From Bacillota bacterium (GTDB taxonomy: Bacteria; Bacillota; Desulfotomaculia; Desulfotomaculales; JBFMEU01), in NCBI GenBank assembly GCA_040753155.1, contig JBFMEU010000001.1, forward strand, positions 13,273 through 77,272: a stretch of DNA of 64,000 nt, given 5' to 3'. Positions 21,300-32,844 of the stretch are shown here, in pieces; the first letter of the stretch is position 1; every line of letters starts with the position of its first letter. Below the pieces are notes generated by a model. The model was not told the DNA's origin. It saw only the letters and a list, made by a program, of their open reading frames with translations, and did no database searches. The position numbers and the translations under genes were made by a program.

Positions 21300-22378
21300 T
21301 AAACCCCCGCCTCGATCTGCTCAATGATCCGGTCACCCATCTGGATGGTGTTGACCAGTTCCTTGCCCTCTTCCATCAGGTCGGCGGTGCGGCAGCCCAG
21401 ATCCAGGACTTTGGTGATGGATCGCTCGATGCAGCCGGCCTCCTCCTCCAGGTTCAGGGAGAAGCGCAGCAGCATGGCCCCGGACAAGATGGTGGCGATG
21501 GGGTTGGCCCGCTGCAGGCCGGTGTACTTGGGCGCTGAGCCGTGGCTGGGCTCGTAAAGGCCAATCTTGCCGCCGATGCTGGCCGAGGCCAGCATACCCA
21601 GGGAGCCGGAAAGCATGGAGGCCTGGTCGCTCAAGATGTCGCCGAACATGTTGTCGGTAACCAGCACGTCGAACTGCCCCGGGTAGCGGACCAGCTGCAT
21701 GGCGCAGTTGTCCACATACATGTGATCCAGTTCCACGTCCGGGTATTCCTTGCCCACTTCGGTGACCACTTCCCGCCACAAGCGGGAGCTTTCCAGCACG
21801 TTGGCCTTATCCACCGAGGTCACCTTGTTGCGGCGCTTCCTGGCCAGGTTGAAGGCCATCCGGGCAATGCGGTCAATTTCCATGGTGGTGTACTCCAGGG
21901 TATCCACCACCAGGGTACCGCCGCCAGGCAGGGGCTCCCGGTACTTTTTGCCGAAATACAGGCCGCCGGTCAGTTCCCGCACCACCAGCAGATCCAGGCC
22001 GTTAATGACCTCGGGCTTGAGGGTGGAGGCGTTCACCAGGGCCGGAAAAACCTTGGCCGGGCGCAAATTGGCGTACAGTCCCAGGTGCTTGCGCAGGGGC
22101 AGCAAGGCCCCCACTTCCGGGCGCAGGTGGGCCGGCAGGTCGTCGTACTGGGGCGCCCCCACGGCCCCCAGGAGGATGGCGTCACTATTGTTGCACAAAT
22201 CCAAAGTATCCTGGGGCAGGGGGTGACCTGCCGCATCATAGGCGGCGCCGCCCACCAGGCCCTCAGTAAACTGAAACTCCCGGTTGAACCGGCGGCCCAC
22301 GGCCTTCAACACTCTGACGGCCTGCACGGTTATTTCCGGCCCGATGCCGTCACCGGGCAAAACTGCTATCTTATACAT
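21299..22378 (-). CDS. leuB: 3-isopropylmalate dehydrogenase
   Basis: 359-aa ORF starting [16 protein letters not shown]. Has NMFGDILSD and GSAPKYTG-type motifs. Confidence 0.95.
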   Translation of the reverse strand: MYKIAVLPGDGIGPEITVQAVRVLKAVGRRFNREFQFTEGLVGGAAYDAAGHPLPQDTLDLCNNSDAILLGAVGAPQYDDLPAHLRPEVGALLPLRKHLGLYANLRPAKVFPALVNASTLKPEVINGLDLLVVRELTGGLYFGKKYREPLPGGGTLVVDTLEYTTMEIDRIARMAFNLARKRRNKVTSVDKANVLESSRLWREVVTEVGKEYPDVELDHMYVDNCAMQLVRYPGQFDVLVTDNMFGDILSDQASMLSGSLGMLASASIGGKIGLYEPSHGSAPKYTGLQRANPIATILSGAMLLRFSLNLEEEAGCIERSITKVLDLGCRTADLMEEGKELVNTIQMGDRIIEQIEAGV

Positions 22379-22875
22379 TACTTTTTCACCCTTTCGGCCA
22401 CGTAGTTTATTAGTCCTCCTGCGGCGATAATTTGCTGCATGAAGGGTGGTACGGCGGTTGCCCGGTATTCCTCGCCCCTGGTCAAGTTGGTGATGACCCC
22501 GCTCTCCACATCCACCGCCACCCGGTCCCCCTCAGCTATGCCGGCCGCCGCTTCCGGCGACTCAAAGATCAGCAGGCCGATGTTGAAGGCGTTACGGTAG
22601 AAAATCCGGGCAAAGGTGGCGGCCACCACACAGCTTACCCCGGCGGCCTTGATGGCAATGGGGGCATGCTCCCGGGAGCTGCCGCAGCCAAAGTTTTTGT
22701 CCGCCACAATGATGTCCCCGGGCTGCACTTTGGCCGGGAAGGCCGGGTCGGCGTCTTCCATACAGTGTTTGGCCAGTTCGGCCGGGTCCGAGGTATTCAG
22801 GTAGCGGGCGGGTATGATGGCATCGGTATCGATATCGGCGCCAAATTTCCAGGCCTTGCCTTCCAGCTTTTTCAT
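22378..22875 (-). CDS. leuD: 3-isopropylmalate dehydratase small subunit
   Basis: 165-aa ORF with [21 protein letters not shown] and [11 protein letters not shown]. Start and stop overlap the neighbouring genes. Confidence 0.93.
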   Translation of the reverse strand: MKKLEGKAWKFGADIDTDAIIPARYLNTSDPAELAKHCMEDADPAFPAKVQPGDIIVADKNFGCGSSREHAPIAIKAAGVSCVVAATFARIFYRNAFNIGLLIFESPEAAAGIAEGDRVAVDVESGVITNLTRGEEYRATAVPPFMQQIIAAGGLINYVAERVKK

Positions 22876-24137
22876 CAGGCCACCTCCTCCGGGTGTGCTA
22901 TGCGCCCCAGCACCGCCGAGGCGGCGGCAACTGCCGGGCTGGCCAGGTAAACTTCACTTTCCGGGTGGCCCATGCGGCCCACAAAGTTACGGTTGGTGGT
23001 GGCCAGGCACTTCTCCCCGGGGGCCAAAATGCCCATGTGGCCGCCCAAACACGGCCCGCAGGTGGGGGTGCTGAAGGCGCCGCCGGCATTGATGAAGATT
23101 TCGATCAAGCCTTCCCGCATGGCCTGCAGGTAGATTTCCTGGGTGCCGGGGATGACAATCAGGCGCACCTGGTCGCTGATCTTGCGGCCCTTGAGCAGTC
23201 CCGCGGCCACCCGCAAATCCTCCATCCGGCCGTTGGTGCAGGAGCCGATGACCACCTGGTCCAGGCTTACACCGGTGGACTGACTGACCGGCCGGGTGTT
23301 GGAGGGCAGGTGGGGAAAGGCGATCTGGGGCTCGATTTGGCTCACGTCATATTCGTAAACCGCCGCGTAGGCGGCGTCGCTGTCACTGTTGTAAAAAACG
23401 TACTCTCTCTTGGCCCGGCCCTCCACATACCGGCGGGTGATTTCGTCCGGGGCGATGATGCCGTTCTTGGCCCCGGCCTCCACCGCCATATTGCACATGG
23501 TCAGCCGGCCGTCCATGTCCAGGGCCTCAATTACCGGGCCGGTGAATTCCATGGCCTGGTAGAGGGCCCCGTCCACCCCGATGTCCCCGATGGTGTGCAG
23601 AATCAAATCCTTGCCGCTGACCCAGGGCTTCAGCTCACCCTTGTAGATAAACTTGATGGATTCGGGCACCTTCAGCCAGGTTTCCCCCAGGGCCATGGCG
23701 GCGGCCAGATCGGTGCTGCCCACGCCGGTGGAGAAAGCCCCCAGGCCCCCGTAGGTGCAGGTGTGGCTGTCGGCGCCAATCACCAGATCCCCGGGGCCCA
23801 CCAGGCCCTGCTCCGGCAGCAGGCAGTGCTCAATGCCCATACGGCCTACCTCGAAATAGTTTGTTAGCTGGTGCTTGCGGGCAAATTCCTTGAGCATTTT
23901 GGCTTGTTCCGCCGACTTGATGTCCTTGTTGGGCACAAAGTGATCCGGCACCAGGGCCACCCTATCGCGGTCCCACACGGTAGCCACGCCAATCCGCTCG
24001 AACTCGCGGATGGCCACCGGGGCGGTAATGTCGTTCCCCAGGGCCAGGTCCACCCTGACGTTAATCAGTTCACCGGGCTTTACCATGTCCTTGCCGGCGT
24101 GGTCTGCCAGGATTTTCTCGGTAATTGTCATGGGCAT
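22875..24137 (-). CDS. leuC: 3-isopropylmalate dehydratase large subunit
   Basis: 420-aa aconitase-family ORF with [22 protein letters not shown] and CGPCLG cluster ligands. Confidence 0.93.
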   Translation of the reverse strand: MPMTITEKILADHAGKDMVKPGELINVRVDLALGNDITAPVAIREFERIGVATVWDRDRVALVPDHFVPNKDIKSAEQAKMLKEFARKHQLTNYFEVGRMGIEHCLLPEQGLVGPGDLVIGADSHTCTYGGLGAFSTGVGSTDLAAAMALGETWLKVPESIKFIYKGELKPWVSGKDLILHTIGDIGVDGALYQAMEFTGPVIEALDMDGRLTMCNMAVEAGAKNGIIAPDEITRRYVEGRAKREYVFYNSDSDAAYAAVYEYDVSQIEPQIAFPHLPSNTRPVSQSTGVSLDQVVIGSCTNGRMEDLRVAAGLLKGRKISDQVRLIVIPGTQEIYLQAMREGLIEIFINAGGAFSTPTCGPCLGGHMGILAPGEKCLATTNRNFVGRMGHPESEVYLASPAVAAASAVLGRIAHPEEVA

Positions 24138-24266
24138 GTTTATTTCACCTCTTAGTCTTCCCTTGTTTTACGCAAGTCATATACCAGTTTGTTTACAGCA
24201 TTCACGCAGGCCCGGGCGCCGGCCTCCAGAATGTCAGTGCTGAAACCCCGGCGGCCACCGCCGGCT

Positions 24267-24394
<128 letters not shown>

Positions 24395-24398
24395 GCCT

Positions 24399-26063
24399 TT
24401 AGCAGTCAATAGCCTCGTCAATAGACTTGCCCGCCAGGACCATGGGCGAAACATTTTCATCAGGGTTAACCATACAATTGATTAGCGCCGGGCCTTCATG
24501 GGCCAGCATCTCCGGCAGCGCCCGCCGCAGTTCTTCCCCGGTGCGCACGGTATACCCCTTGATGCCGTAGGCCCCGGCCAGGGCTTCAAAGTCCGGGTGG
24601 AAGCCAAAATTCACGGCGGTATGGCGGCCCTCGCAGTAAATCGTTTGCAGCTGGCGCACCATGCCCAGCACGTAGTTGTTAAGGATGATTATTTTCAGGG
24701 GCAGCTTTTGCTCCACGGCGGTGGCCAGCTCCTGCAAAGTCATCTGGATGCTGCCGTCGCCGGTAACCAGAACCACCTGCTTACCGGGGCTGCCCAGCTG
24801 GGCGCCCACCGCCGCCGGCAGGCCAAAGCCCATAGTACCCAGCCCGCCGGAGGACACCAGGGTGCCGGGATACTTGAATTTATAAAACTGGGCCACCCAC
24901 ATCTGGTGCTGTCCGACATCGGTAACCACGGTACACTCACCCCGGGTTTGGCGGTACAGCTCCTCCACCACCCACTGGGGCTTTAAGGACCCGTCACTGC
25001 CGTAGGTAAGGGGATACTGCTCCTTCCAGGCCTTGATCTGGTCCGCCCACTCCTGGTTGGAGCGGGGCTCCAGCTGGGGCAGCAGGGACTGTAGCACATT
25101 TTTAACATCCCCCACGATGGGGACATTTATGATCACGTTTTTGCCAATCTCCGCCGGGTCGATATCCACATGGATGATCTTGGCCCGGGGCGCGAAGGCG
25201 GCAATTTTGCCCGTTACCCGGTCATCAAACCTGGCCCCCAGGGCAATGAGCAAATCGCAATTGGTTACCGCCAGGTTGGCGTAGCGGGTGCCGTGCAGGC
25301 CCAGCATGCCCAAAAACAGCGGGTGCTCGCCGGGGAAGCTGCTCAGCCCCATGAAGGTATTGGTCACCGGGGCGTTGATCATCTCGGACAGGGCCAGCAG
25401 TTCGGCGCTGGCTTTGCTGTTCAGGATGCCCCCGCCGGCATAGATCACCGGGCGCCTGGCCTCAAGCATTAGCTTGGCGGCCTGGCTGATTTTCGCGGGA
25501 TGACCCCGGAGCACGGGCTTGAAGCCCCGCAGGCTTACGGACCCGGGATACTGAAACTTGATCAGGGCCGAGGCCACATCCCGGGGCAGGTCGATGAGCA
25601 CCGGGCCGGGCCTGCCCGTGGACGCGATGTGAAAGGCGTTTTTAATAATGGCAGGCAGCTTCTGGGCGTCTTTAACCAGGTAATTGTGCTTGGTAATGGG
25701 CAGGGTTATGCCCGTTATGTCAACTTCCTGAAAGGCATCGGTTCCCACCTGGCTGGTGGGCACCTGGCCGGTAAACAGCACCAGGGGTATGGAGTCCATA
25801 TAGGCATTGGCGATACCCGTCACCAGGTTGGTGGCCCCGGGGCCCGAGGTGGCCATGACCACCCCCACCCGGCCCGTTACCCGGGCGTAGCCGTCGGCCG
25901 CATGCACCGCACCCTGCTCATGACGTACCAGGACATGCCGGATTTTGGATTTGGACAGGGCATCATAAACCGGCAGGACAGCCCCGCCAGGGTAGCCGAA
26001 AATAAGATCTACGCCCTCTTTTTCCAGACACTTGACCAGGGCTTCCGCCGCAGTGATTTCCAC
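24399..26063 (-). CDS. ilvB: acetolactate synthase large-subunit paralog (ThDP enzyme) with no adjacent small subunit
   Basis: ITAAEALVKCLEKEGVDLIFGYPGG..., GPGATNLVTGIANAYMDS and GLGTMGFGLPAAVGAQ. I place the start at GTG 26063, which follows AAGGGGGGGAAG. The ORF-track ATG is at 26111. Confidence 0.85.
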   Translation of the reverse strand: MEITAAEALVKCLEKEGVDLIFGYPGGAVLPVYDALSKSKIRHVLVRHEQGAVHAADGYARVTGRVGVVMATSGPGATNLVTGIANAYMDSIPLVLFTGQVPTSQVGTDAFQEVDITGITLPITKHNYLVKDAQKLPAIIKNAFHIASTGRPGPVLIDLPRDVASALIKFQYPGSVSLRGFKPVLRGHPAKISQAAKLMLEARRPVIYAGGGILNSKASAELLALSEMINAPVTNTFMGLSSFPGEHPLFLGMLGLHGTRYANLAVTNCDLLIALGARFDDRVTGKIAAFAPRAKIIHVDIDPAEIGKNVIINVPIVGDVKNVLQSLLPQLEPRSNQEWADQIKAWKEQYPLTYGSDGSLKPQWVVEELYRQTRGECTVVTDVGQHQMWVAQFYKFKYPGTLVSSGGLGTMGFGLPAAVGAQLGSPGKQVVLVTGDGSIQMTLQELATAVEQKLPLKIIILNNYVLGMVRQLQTIYCEGRHTAVNFGFHPDFEALAGAYGIKGYTVRTGEELRRALPEMLAHEGPALINCMVNPDENVSPMVLAGKSIDEAIDC

Positions 26064-26186
26064 AGCTCTTCCCCCCCTTATATGTTCACTTATATGTTCA
26101 CTCCGGCCCATTCTTGTTTATCGAACGGGCCGCCTCGTATTCATTATCTTACTGTCTGCAAGATCTCTATAGGCGCGCCAGGAGGT

Positions 26187-26249
26187 ATATATTCAGTGAA
26201 ACCGGTGTTAAGGCACGGCGTTATCACCGCTCACTCCAGTGCTCCGCGC
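26187..26249 (-). repeat. inverted copy of the repeat at 19424-19496
   Basis: See 19424-19496. Confidence 0.75.
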
Positions 26250-26330
26250 CGACAGCACCCCGGCTTGTTTCGGACCGGACTGGCGGCGCTGCAAAGGCGG
26301 CGATAGATTTGTATGAGTCTTATAATCAGA

Positions 26331-26407
26331 CGCCCGACGTCCAACGCCCGACGCCTGACGTCCAACTTCCGACGCCCAACTTCCGACGCCTGACGCCCGA
26401 CGTCCGA
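26331..26407. repeat. heptanucleotide tandem array, 11 units (CGCCCGA/CGTCCAA/CGCCTGA/CTTCCGA...)
   Basis: Direct reading. Ends 3 nt from the ilvC stop codon (26411-26413). Confidence 0.95.
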
Positions 26408-26410
26408 CGA

Positions 26411-27403
26411 CTACTTCTTCAGCCAGGGCATCATTTTCCGCAGCTCAGCCCCCACCTGCTCAATCTGGCCTGCCTGTTCCTGCTTGCGGATGGCGTTAAA
26501 CACCGGGCGGTTGGCCTGGTTCTCCAGGATCCACTGCTTGGCAAACTCGCCGTTTTGCACTTCGGACAGGACCTTTTTCATTTCCGCCCTGGTTTCGCCG
26601 GTGATGATCCGTTTGCCCACCATGTAGTCACCGTACTCGGCGGTGTTGCTGATGGAATAGCGCATGAAGCTAAGGCCTCCCTCGTTGATCAGGTCCACAA
26701 TCAGCTTGAGTTCGTGCAGGCACTCGAAGTAGGCCATTTCCGGGGCGTAGCCGGCTTCCACCAGGGTGTCGAACCCGGCCTTGATCAGCTCGCTGACACC
26801 GCCGCACAGTACGCACTGCTCGCCAAACAGGTCGGTTTCGGTTTCTTCCTTGAAGGAGGTTTCAAACACGCCGGCCCTGGTGCAGCCGATGCCCTTGGCA
26901 TAGGCCATGGCAATTTCCCTGGCCTTGCCGGTGGCATCCTGGTGGATGGCCACCAGCCCGGGCACGCCCACGCCGTCCTGGTACATCCGCCGCACCATGT
27001 GGCCGGGGCTCTTGGGGGCCACCAGAAATACGTCCACATCCGCCGGGGGCACAATCTGGCCGTAGTGGATGTTGAACCCGTGGCTGAACATCAGGGCCTT
27101 GCCGCCGGTGAGGCAGGGGCCGATTTCTGCTTTGTACAGGCCGGCCTGGATTTCGTCCGGCACCAGGATTTGAATGACGTCGGCCTGCCGGGCGGCTTCG
27201 GCCACCGTAAGTACGGTCAGTCCGGCGGCCTCGGCTTTGGCCCGGCTGGCGCTGCCCTGGTGCAGGGCCACCACTACGTTCAGGCCGCTGTCCTTGAGGT
27301 TTTGGGCCTGGGCATGGCCCTGGCTGCCGTAACCCACCACGGCGATTATCTTGCCCTGCAGTACGCCCAGGTCCGCATCTTGATCATAATAAACTTTAAC
27401 CAC
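26411..27403 (-). CDS. ilvC: ketol-acid reductoisomerase
   Basis: 330-aa ORF starting [12 protein letters not shown]. Contains [19 protein letters not shown]. Confidence 0.96.
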   Translation of the reverse strand: MVKVYYDQDADLGVLQGKIIAVVGYGSQGHAQAQNLKDSGLNVVVALHQGSASRAKAEAAGLTVLTVAEAARQADVIQILVPDEIQAGLYKAEIGPCLTGGKALMFSHGFNIHYGQIVPPADVDVFLVAPKSPGHMVRRMYQDGVGVPGLVAIHQDATGKAREIAMAYAKGIGCTRAGVFETSFKEETETDLFGEQCVLCGGVSELIKAGFDTLVEAGYAPEMAYFECLHELKLIVDLINEGGLSFMRYSISNTAEYGDYMVGKRIITGETRAEMKKVLSEVQNGEFAKQWILENQANRPVFNAIRKQEQAGQIEQVGAELRKMMPWLKK

Positions 27404-27405
27404 AA

Positions 27406-27924
27406 TTATTCCTCCTCTTTTGTTCCGTTGACGGTTAGTCCCGTGTAGCGGGAACCCCTCAGCATAGCTATTTTACCGGTCCTTACCAGCTCTTTGATGC
27501 CGTAAGGACGCAGTGATTCCTCAAAGGCATTTATTTTACCGTCATTGCCGGTACATTCCAGGGTCAGGGTTTTTTTGCCCAGGTCCACGATTCTGGCCCT
27601 GAAGACATCGGCAATTTGCATGATCTCGCCCCGCTGGGCTGGGTCAGCCGCTACCTTGATCATCACCAGTTCCCGGTCAACATACTCATCGGAGGTGACG
27701 TCACTGATTTTGATTACGTCCACCAGCTTGTGCAGCTGTTTGGTAACTTGCTCCAAAACCCGGGCATCCCCTTCCACCACTATGGTCATCCGGGAAACGG
27801 TAGGATTATCTGTCCGGCCCACCGCCAAACTGTCAATATTATAGCCCCGCCGGCTAAAGAGTCCGGCTACCCGGGCCAGGACACCGGGATTGTTTTCCAC
27901 TAATACCGCTAAGGTGTGGCGCAT
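27406..27924 (-). CDS. ilvN: acetolactate synthase small (regulatory) subunit
   Basis: 172-aa ORF. ACT domain [35 protein letters not shown]. Confidence 0.93.
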   Translation of the reverse strand: MRHTLAVLVENNPGVLARVAGLFSRRGYNIDSLAVGRTDNPTVSRMTIVVEGDARVLEQVTKQLHKLVDVIKISDVTSDEYVDRELVMIKVAADPAQRGEIMQIADVFRARIVDLGKKTLTLECTGNDGKINAFEESLRPYGIKELVRTGKIAMLRGSRYTGLTVNGTKEEE

Positions 27925-27940
27925 ACCTTTCCCTCCTGTT

Positions 27941-29614
27941 TTAGCCCAGCATTTTATCCAGGGTTTCCCCCGGCGGAACCATGGGCAGAACGTTTCCTTC
28001 CCGCTCGATGATGAAGTCCAGCATCACGGGCTTGTTTATGGACAGGGCTTCTTCCAGGGCGGGCACCACCCGGGTTGGCTTGGTCACCCTGAGTCCCTCC
28101 GCCCCGTAGGCCTCGGCCAGCTTTACAAAGTCGGGGTTAACCAGTTCGGTATAGGAGTAGCGGCGGTTATAGAACAGCTCCTGCCACTGCCGGACCATAC
28201 CCAGGAAGCCGTTGTTCAGGACGGCCACTTTGACCGGCAGTTCGTAGTTCACCGCGGTCATCATTTCCTGGATGTTCATTTGGATGCTGCCGTCCCCGGA
28301 AATACTGAAGACGGTTTCATCGGGGCAGGCCGCCTGCACCCCGACGGCGGCCGGCAGGCCGAAGCCCATGGTGCCCAGGCCGCCGGATGAGATAAAGGAG
28401 CGGGGCCTGGTATAGGTATAGTAATGGGCGGCCCACATCTGGTGCTGGCCCACGTCGGTGGCAATTCTGGCCTGGCCTTTGGTTACGTTGTAAATTTCCC
28501 GGATCACTTTTTGTGGCTTGAGGGCGCCGTTGTTGTCAAAGTTCAGCGGGTACTCCTTTTTCCACTGGTCTATTTTGTCCCGCCAAACGCTTTGCAAACG
28601 CGGCTGCAGTGTTTTGATCAGTTGCTGCAGCACGATTTTTACGTCCCCTACGATGGGGATGTTACACCTTACGTTTTTGTTGATTTCCGCCGGGTCAATG
28701 TCGATGTGGATGATTGTGGCGTCGCTGGCAAAGGCGTCTATTTTGCCGGTTACCCGGTCGTCAAAGCGGGCGCCCACCCCGATCAGCAAGTCGGTTTCGC
28801 AAACGGCATAGTTGGCGTATTTGCTGCCGTGCATACCCAGCATGCCCAGGGCCAGAGGATGGTCGCCGGGGAAGCCGCCTAGTCCCATCAGGGTGGTGGC
28901 CACCGGGGCCAGGAGCATTTCCGCCAGTTGCTTCAGTTCTTCGTGGGCGCCGGAGTTGACTACCCCGCCGCCGGCATAAATAACGGGCCGCTCGGATTTC
29001 ATGATCGCCCTGGCGGCCCGCAATAGCTGTTCCTGATCCGGTTCGGCCACCGGGCGGTAGCCTGGCAGGTTCACCGGGCCTGGTTCTTCGTATTCTGTCA
29101 GGCCCGCCGAAACGTCCCGGGGAATGTCTATGAGTACGGGCCCCGGCCGGCCGGTGGTGGCTATGTGAAAGGCTTCTTTCACGGTTTTGGCCAGGTCGTC
29201 GACGTTTTTGACTATATAGTTGTGCTTGGTAATGGGTAAGGTTATGCCGGTTATGTCCGCCTCCTGGAAGGAGTCACGGCCCAGCATGGCCATAGGTACC
29301 TGGCCTGTCAGGGCCACCATGGGCACCGAGTCCATGTAGGCATTGGCAATGCCCGTCACCAGGTTGGTGCCGCCGGGGCCGGATGTGGCCAGGCATACCC
29401 CCGGCCGGCCGGAGGCCCGGGCGTATCCGTCGGCGGCGTGGGCCGCTCCCTGTTCGTGTCTGGTCAGGATATGTCTGATGTCGGCGTCGTAAAGAGCGTC
29501 GTAGATGGGCAGGACCTGGCCTCCCGGATAGCCGAATATGGTGTCGACACCTTCGGCCATAAGGCTTTGAATTAGTATTTCAGCTCCGGACTTTTTCACA
29601 CCCTCCACCTCCAT
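27941..29614 (-). CDS. ilvB: acetolactate synthase large subunit
   Basis: 557-aa ORF with GAEILIQSLMAEGVDTIFGYPGG, GPGGTNLVTGIANAYMDS and GLGTMGFGLPAAVG. Directly followed by ilvN. Confidence 0.95.
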   Translation of the reverse strand: MEVEGVKKSGAEILIQSLMAEGVDTIFGYPGGQVLPIYDALYDADIRHILTRHEQGAAHAADGYARASGRPGVCLATSGPGGTNLVTGIANAYMDSVPMVALTGQVPMAMLGRDSFQEADITGITLPITKHNYIVKNVDDLAKTVKEAFHIATTGRPGPVLIDIPRDVSAGLTEYEEPGPVNLPGYRPVAEPDQEQLLRAARAIMKSERPVIYAGGGVVNSGAHEELKQLAEMLLAPVATTLMGLGGFPGDHPLALGMLGMHGSKYANYAVCETDLLIGVGARFDDRVTGKIDAFASDATIIHIDIDPAEINKNVRCNIPIVGDVKIVLQQLIKTLQPRLQSVWRDKIDQWKKEYPLNFDNNGALKPQKVIREIYNVTKGQARIATDVGQHQMWAAHYYTYTRPRSFISSGGLGTMGFGLPAAVGVQAACPDETVFSISGDGSIQMNIQEMMTAVNYELPVKVAVLNNGFLGMVRQWQELFYNRRYSYTELVNPDFVKLAEAYGAEGLRVTKPTRVVPALEEALSINKPVMLDFIIEREGNVLPMVPPGETLDKMLG

Positions 29615-29742
29615 TTTTACGGGCCGGCTGTTGCCGGGCCCTGTATTTATGTTAAGTAAGTACTCGCTGTTGCTTAAAGAATATAATTCATTAGACCACG
29701 TTATTTTAGTGGTTTAGCCGGGATATCTAGTTAGACTTCCCT

Positions 29743-30104
29743 GGGGGCCGGTGTTATTCTTCGCCTGCAAACTACCGCATAAGCACCGGCCCCCGGCATC
29801 ATGGGAATCTGTTCTTGATCGGTATCTAGGTAGGCTTGCAAAGGGTCCGGTGTTATTCCTCGCTTGCTGCGCAACTTTCTCTGACCCCGGTGAGTTATTT
29901 GCTTTGCCCGCCTGCTGCATTACCCGTTAAGCTACTTTACGCCCTTTCGGGGTCATCCTCTGGGGATATGACGGGCTAGACACCGCACCCGGTGCTCCGC
30001 TGCGCTCCGGATAAGCACCGACCCCCGGGCATCATGGTGTTCCGTTCCAGAAAGTAATAAGGTAGGTTTGTAATGGGGCCAGTGTTATTTTTACACCGGC
30101 CCCC
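29743..30104. repeat. three tandem TIR-hairpin elements (29743-29794, 29843-30026, 30075-30104) of the GGGGGCCGGTGTTATTC family
   Basis: Each unit starts with GGG(G/T)CCGGTGTTATT and ends with (ATAAG)CACCGGCCCCC, which are inverted repeats. The 184-bp middle unit is about 90% identical by eye to 58996-59185. Confidence 0.85.
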
Positions 30105-30163
30105 GGCATAAAAGGTATCTATTTTAGACTCCGCATTTTCTTTGGTACCCCATTCAGGTGCTG

Positions 30164-31822
30164 CTATTTCAGTATGGCGCCGGTGCTGGCCGAGGTTACG
30201 GCTGCGACGTAGCGGGCCAGGTAGCCGCCGGTTATTTTTGGCTCGGGGCGCTGCCACTCCTGGAGCCGGGCGGCCAGTTCGGCCGGGGTTAGTTTTACGT
30301 TGAGGCTGCAGTTGGGGATGTCGATTTCTATGATGTCGCCCTCCCGCACTGCGGCCAGGGGTCCGCCCTCGGCCGCCTCGGGGGAGATGTGCCCGATGGA
30401 GGCGCCCCGGGTAGCGCCGCTGAAGCGGCCGTCGGTGATCAGGGCGACGTCTTTGTCCAGGCCCATGCCGGCCACGGTGGCGGTGGGGGTGAGCATTTCC
30501 CGCATGCCGGGGCCGCCTCTGGGGCCTTCGTAGCGGATGACGATGACGTCACCCTTGTTGATGACGCCGCCCATGATGGCCTCTACGGCTTCTTCCTCGG
30601 ATTCGTAGACCCGGGCCGGGCCGCTGTGGACCAGCATTTCTTCGGCCACGGCGGAGCGTTTGACCACGGCTCCGTCCGGGGCCAGGTTGCCCCTCAGGAC
30701 GGCGATGCCGCCGGTGGGGCTGTGGGGATCATCCACCGGCCGGATTACTTCGGGCCTGATGACTTCACGGCCCTGAATGTTTTGGGCCACGGTTTTGCCG
30801 CTGGCGGTGAGCAGAGTTGTGTCAATCAGGTTTTGCCGGGCCAGCTGGGCCAGTACGGCCTGGACGCCGCCGGCCTCGTCAAGGTCTTGAATGTGGTAGG
30901 GGCCGGCCGGGCTGAGTTTGCACAGATTGGGGATCCGGCCGCTTACCTCGTTTATTCTCTCCAGGTCCAGTTTGATGCCGGCCTCGTGGGCTATGGCGGG
31001 CAGGTGCAGCACGGTGTTGGTGGAGCAGCCCAGGGCCATGTCCAGGGCCAGGCCGTTGTCAAAGGCGGCTTGGGTCATAATATCCCGGGGCTTGATGTTA
31101 TCCCGGACCAGGTCCAGGATTTTTACGCCGGTGAGTTTGGCCAGGCGCCGCCGGGCCGCTGTTGTGGCCAAAATGGTGCCGTTGCCCGGCAGGGCCAGAC
31201 CCAGGGCCTCGGTCAGGCAGTTCATGGAGTTGGCGGTAAACATGCCGGCGCAGGAGCCGCAGCCGGGACAGGCCACTTCTTCCATCTCCGCCAGTTCTGC
31301 GGCGGTCATCTTGCCGGCCTTGACCTGGCCCACGGCCTCAAACATGTTGCTCAGGGAAATGTCTTGCCCCTTGTATTTGCCGGCCTGCATCGGCCCGCCG
31401 CTGACGACGATGGCGGGGATGTTCAGCCGCGCAGCGGCCATGAGCATGCCGGGCACCACCTTGTCACAGGCCGTGATCAGCACCAGGCCGTCAAAAGGAT
31501 GGGCCCGGGCCATTACTTCCACTGAGTCGGCGATTAGCTCCCGGCTGGGCAGGGAGTATTTCATCCCGGTATGGTTCATGGCCAGGCCGTCACACACCGC
31601 AATGGCCGGAAATTCCATGGGTGTCCCGCCGGCCAGGCGCACCCCGCTTTTTACCGCCCCGGCGATCTCCCGCAGATGAATGTGCCCGGGCACTATTTCG
31701 TTGAAGGAGTTCACCACCCCAATCAGCGGCCTTTCCAGCTCCTGGTCGATGCAGCCCAGGGCTTTTAACAGGGAACGGTGCGGGGCCTTCTCCAGTCCTT
31801 TGGTCATGGCGTCGCTGCGCAT
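30164..31822 (-). CDS. ilvD: dihydroxy-acid dehydratase
   Basis: [23 protein letters not shown] start at ATG 31822 behind GGGGG. Fe-S ligand regions CDKVVPGM and [17 protein letters not shown]. Confidence 0.95.
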   Translation of the reverse strand: MRSDAMTKGLEKAPHRSLLKALGCIDQELERPLIGVVNSFNEIVPGHIHLREIAGAVKSGVRLAGGTPMEFPAIAVCDGLAMNHTGMKYSLPSRELIADSVEVMARAHPFDGLVLITACDKVVPGMLMAAARLNIPAIVVSGGPMQAGKYKGQDISLSNMFEAVGQVKAGKMTAAELAEMEEVACPGCGSCAGMFTANSMNCLTEALGLALPGNGTILATTAARRRLAKLTGVKILDLVRDNIKPRDIMTQAAFDNGLALDMALGCSTNTVLHLPAIAHEAGIKLDLERINEVSGRIPNLCKLSPAGPYHIQDLDEAGGVQAVLAQLARQNLIDTTLLTASGKTVAQNIQGREVIRPEVIRPVDDPHSPTGGIAVLRGNLAPDGAVVKRSAVAEEMLVHSGPARVYESEEEAVEAIMGGVINKGDVIVIRYEGPRGGPGMREMLTPTATVAGMGLDKDVALITDGRFSGATRGASIGHISPEAAEGGPLAAVREGDIIEIDIPNCSLNVKLTPAELAARLQEWQRPEPKITGGYLARYVAAVTSASTGAILK

Positions 31823-31908
31823 TTTAAAACCCCCTTGTAAAGTTTTGCTGTTTTTGCCGGTTGCCCGGCCTGCTGTGGATTCTATCACATTATTGTTAAG
31901 AAACTTGT

Positions 31909-32790
31909 TTAATCGGCAAAAATTTGCGGGCCGTCGTATTTGGTTAGCTCCCGGAAGGCTTCAATCAATTCTTTGGTCATTTCCCCGGGTTGGCCGGCGC
32001 CAATAGGGCGGCCGTCCACTTTAACGGCGGGAATGACTTCGGCCGCGGTGCCGGTGAGGAAGCACTCGTCGGCAATGTAAATGTCATGGCGGGTAAATAC
32101 TTTTTCCGCCACGGTAATACCCATTTTGCGGGCCAGGTCCATAACGGTGTTCCGGGTAATCCCCTCCAGGATGCCCAGGTGGGCGGGCGGGGTAATCAGC
32201 ACGCTGTTCTTGACCAGGAAGATGTTGTCCCCGGTGGCCTCGGCCACGTAGCCGTCGGCGCTGAGCATAATGGCCTCTAAAACCCCGTGCAGGTTGGCCT
32301 CAATTTTGGCGTAGATGTTATTCAGATAGTTAAGGGACTTGACCCTGGGGTTGCAGGCCTCGGGAAGGTTACGCCGGGTGGCCACGGTAATCACGTCCAG
32401 GCCCTTTTCGTAAAACTCCCCGGGGTATAGCTGAATGGAGGCCGCAATACAGAATATGGTCGGGCGGGGGCATTTCCGGGGATCCAGTCCCAGGTCGCCA
32501 ACGCCGCGGGTTACTACCAGGCGTATGTAGGCATCCCGCAGGTTATTGCGGCGGCAGGTCTCCAGTACAACCTCCTGCATTTCTTCGATGCCGATGGGAA
32601 TGGTCATGTTAATGGAACGGGCGGACTCGTACAGGCGCTCCAGGTGTTCCTGGAGTTTGAACACCCGGTTATGGTAGGCCCGAATGCCCTCAAACACACC
32701 GTCGCCGTATAGCAGGCCATGATCGAAAACGGAAACCACTGCCTCTTCCCGCGGAACATATTTACCGTCAAGATAAATTGTCAAGCTCAT
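31909..32790 (-). CDS. ilvE: branched-chain amino-acid aminotransferase (class IV)
   Basis: [47 protein letters not shown] and GITR motifs. Confidence 0.92.
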   Translation of the reverse strand: MSLTIYLDGKYVPREEAVVSVFDHGLLYGDGVFEGIRAYHNRVFKLQEHLERLYESARSINMTIPIGIEEMQEVVLETCRRNNLRDAYIRLVVTRGVGDLGLDPRKCPRPTIFCIAASIQLYPGEFYEKGLDVITVATRRNLPEACNPRVKSLNYLNNIYAKIEANLHGVLEAIMLSADGYVAEATGDNIFLVKNSVLITPPAHLGILEGITRNTVMDLARKMGITVAEKVFTRHDIYIADECFLTGTAAEVIPAVKVDGRPIGAGQPGEMTKELIEAFRELTKYDGPQIFAD

Positions 32791-32844
32791 TCCACACTCT
32801 CCCATTATATTTTTTAATCCTCAACAAAACTTGGCTGAACAAGA

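Noticed and set aside
26114-27448. 444-aa + strand ORF
   Set aside because: Antisense shadow of ilvC in high-GC DNA. The ilvC frame has unmistakable KARI motifs and the + frame has none. The same reasoning applies to other long antisense ORFs, e.g. 109-597, 8555-9538, 12130-12753, 19694-20761, 21542-22405, 22893-23867, 30389-31525, 44605-45669, 49940-51190 and 53854-54579.
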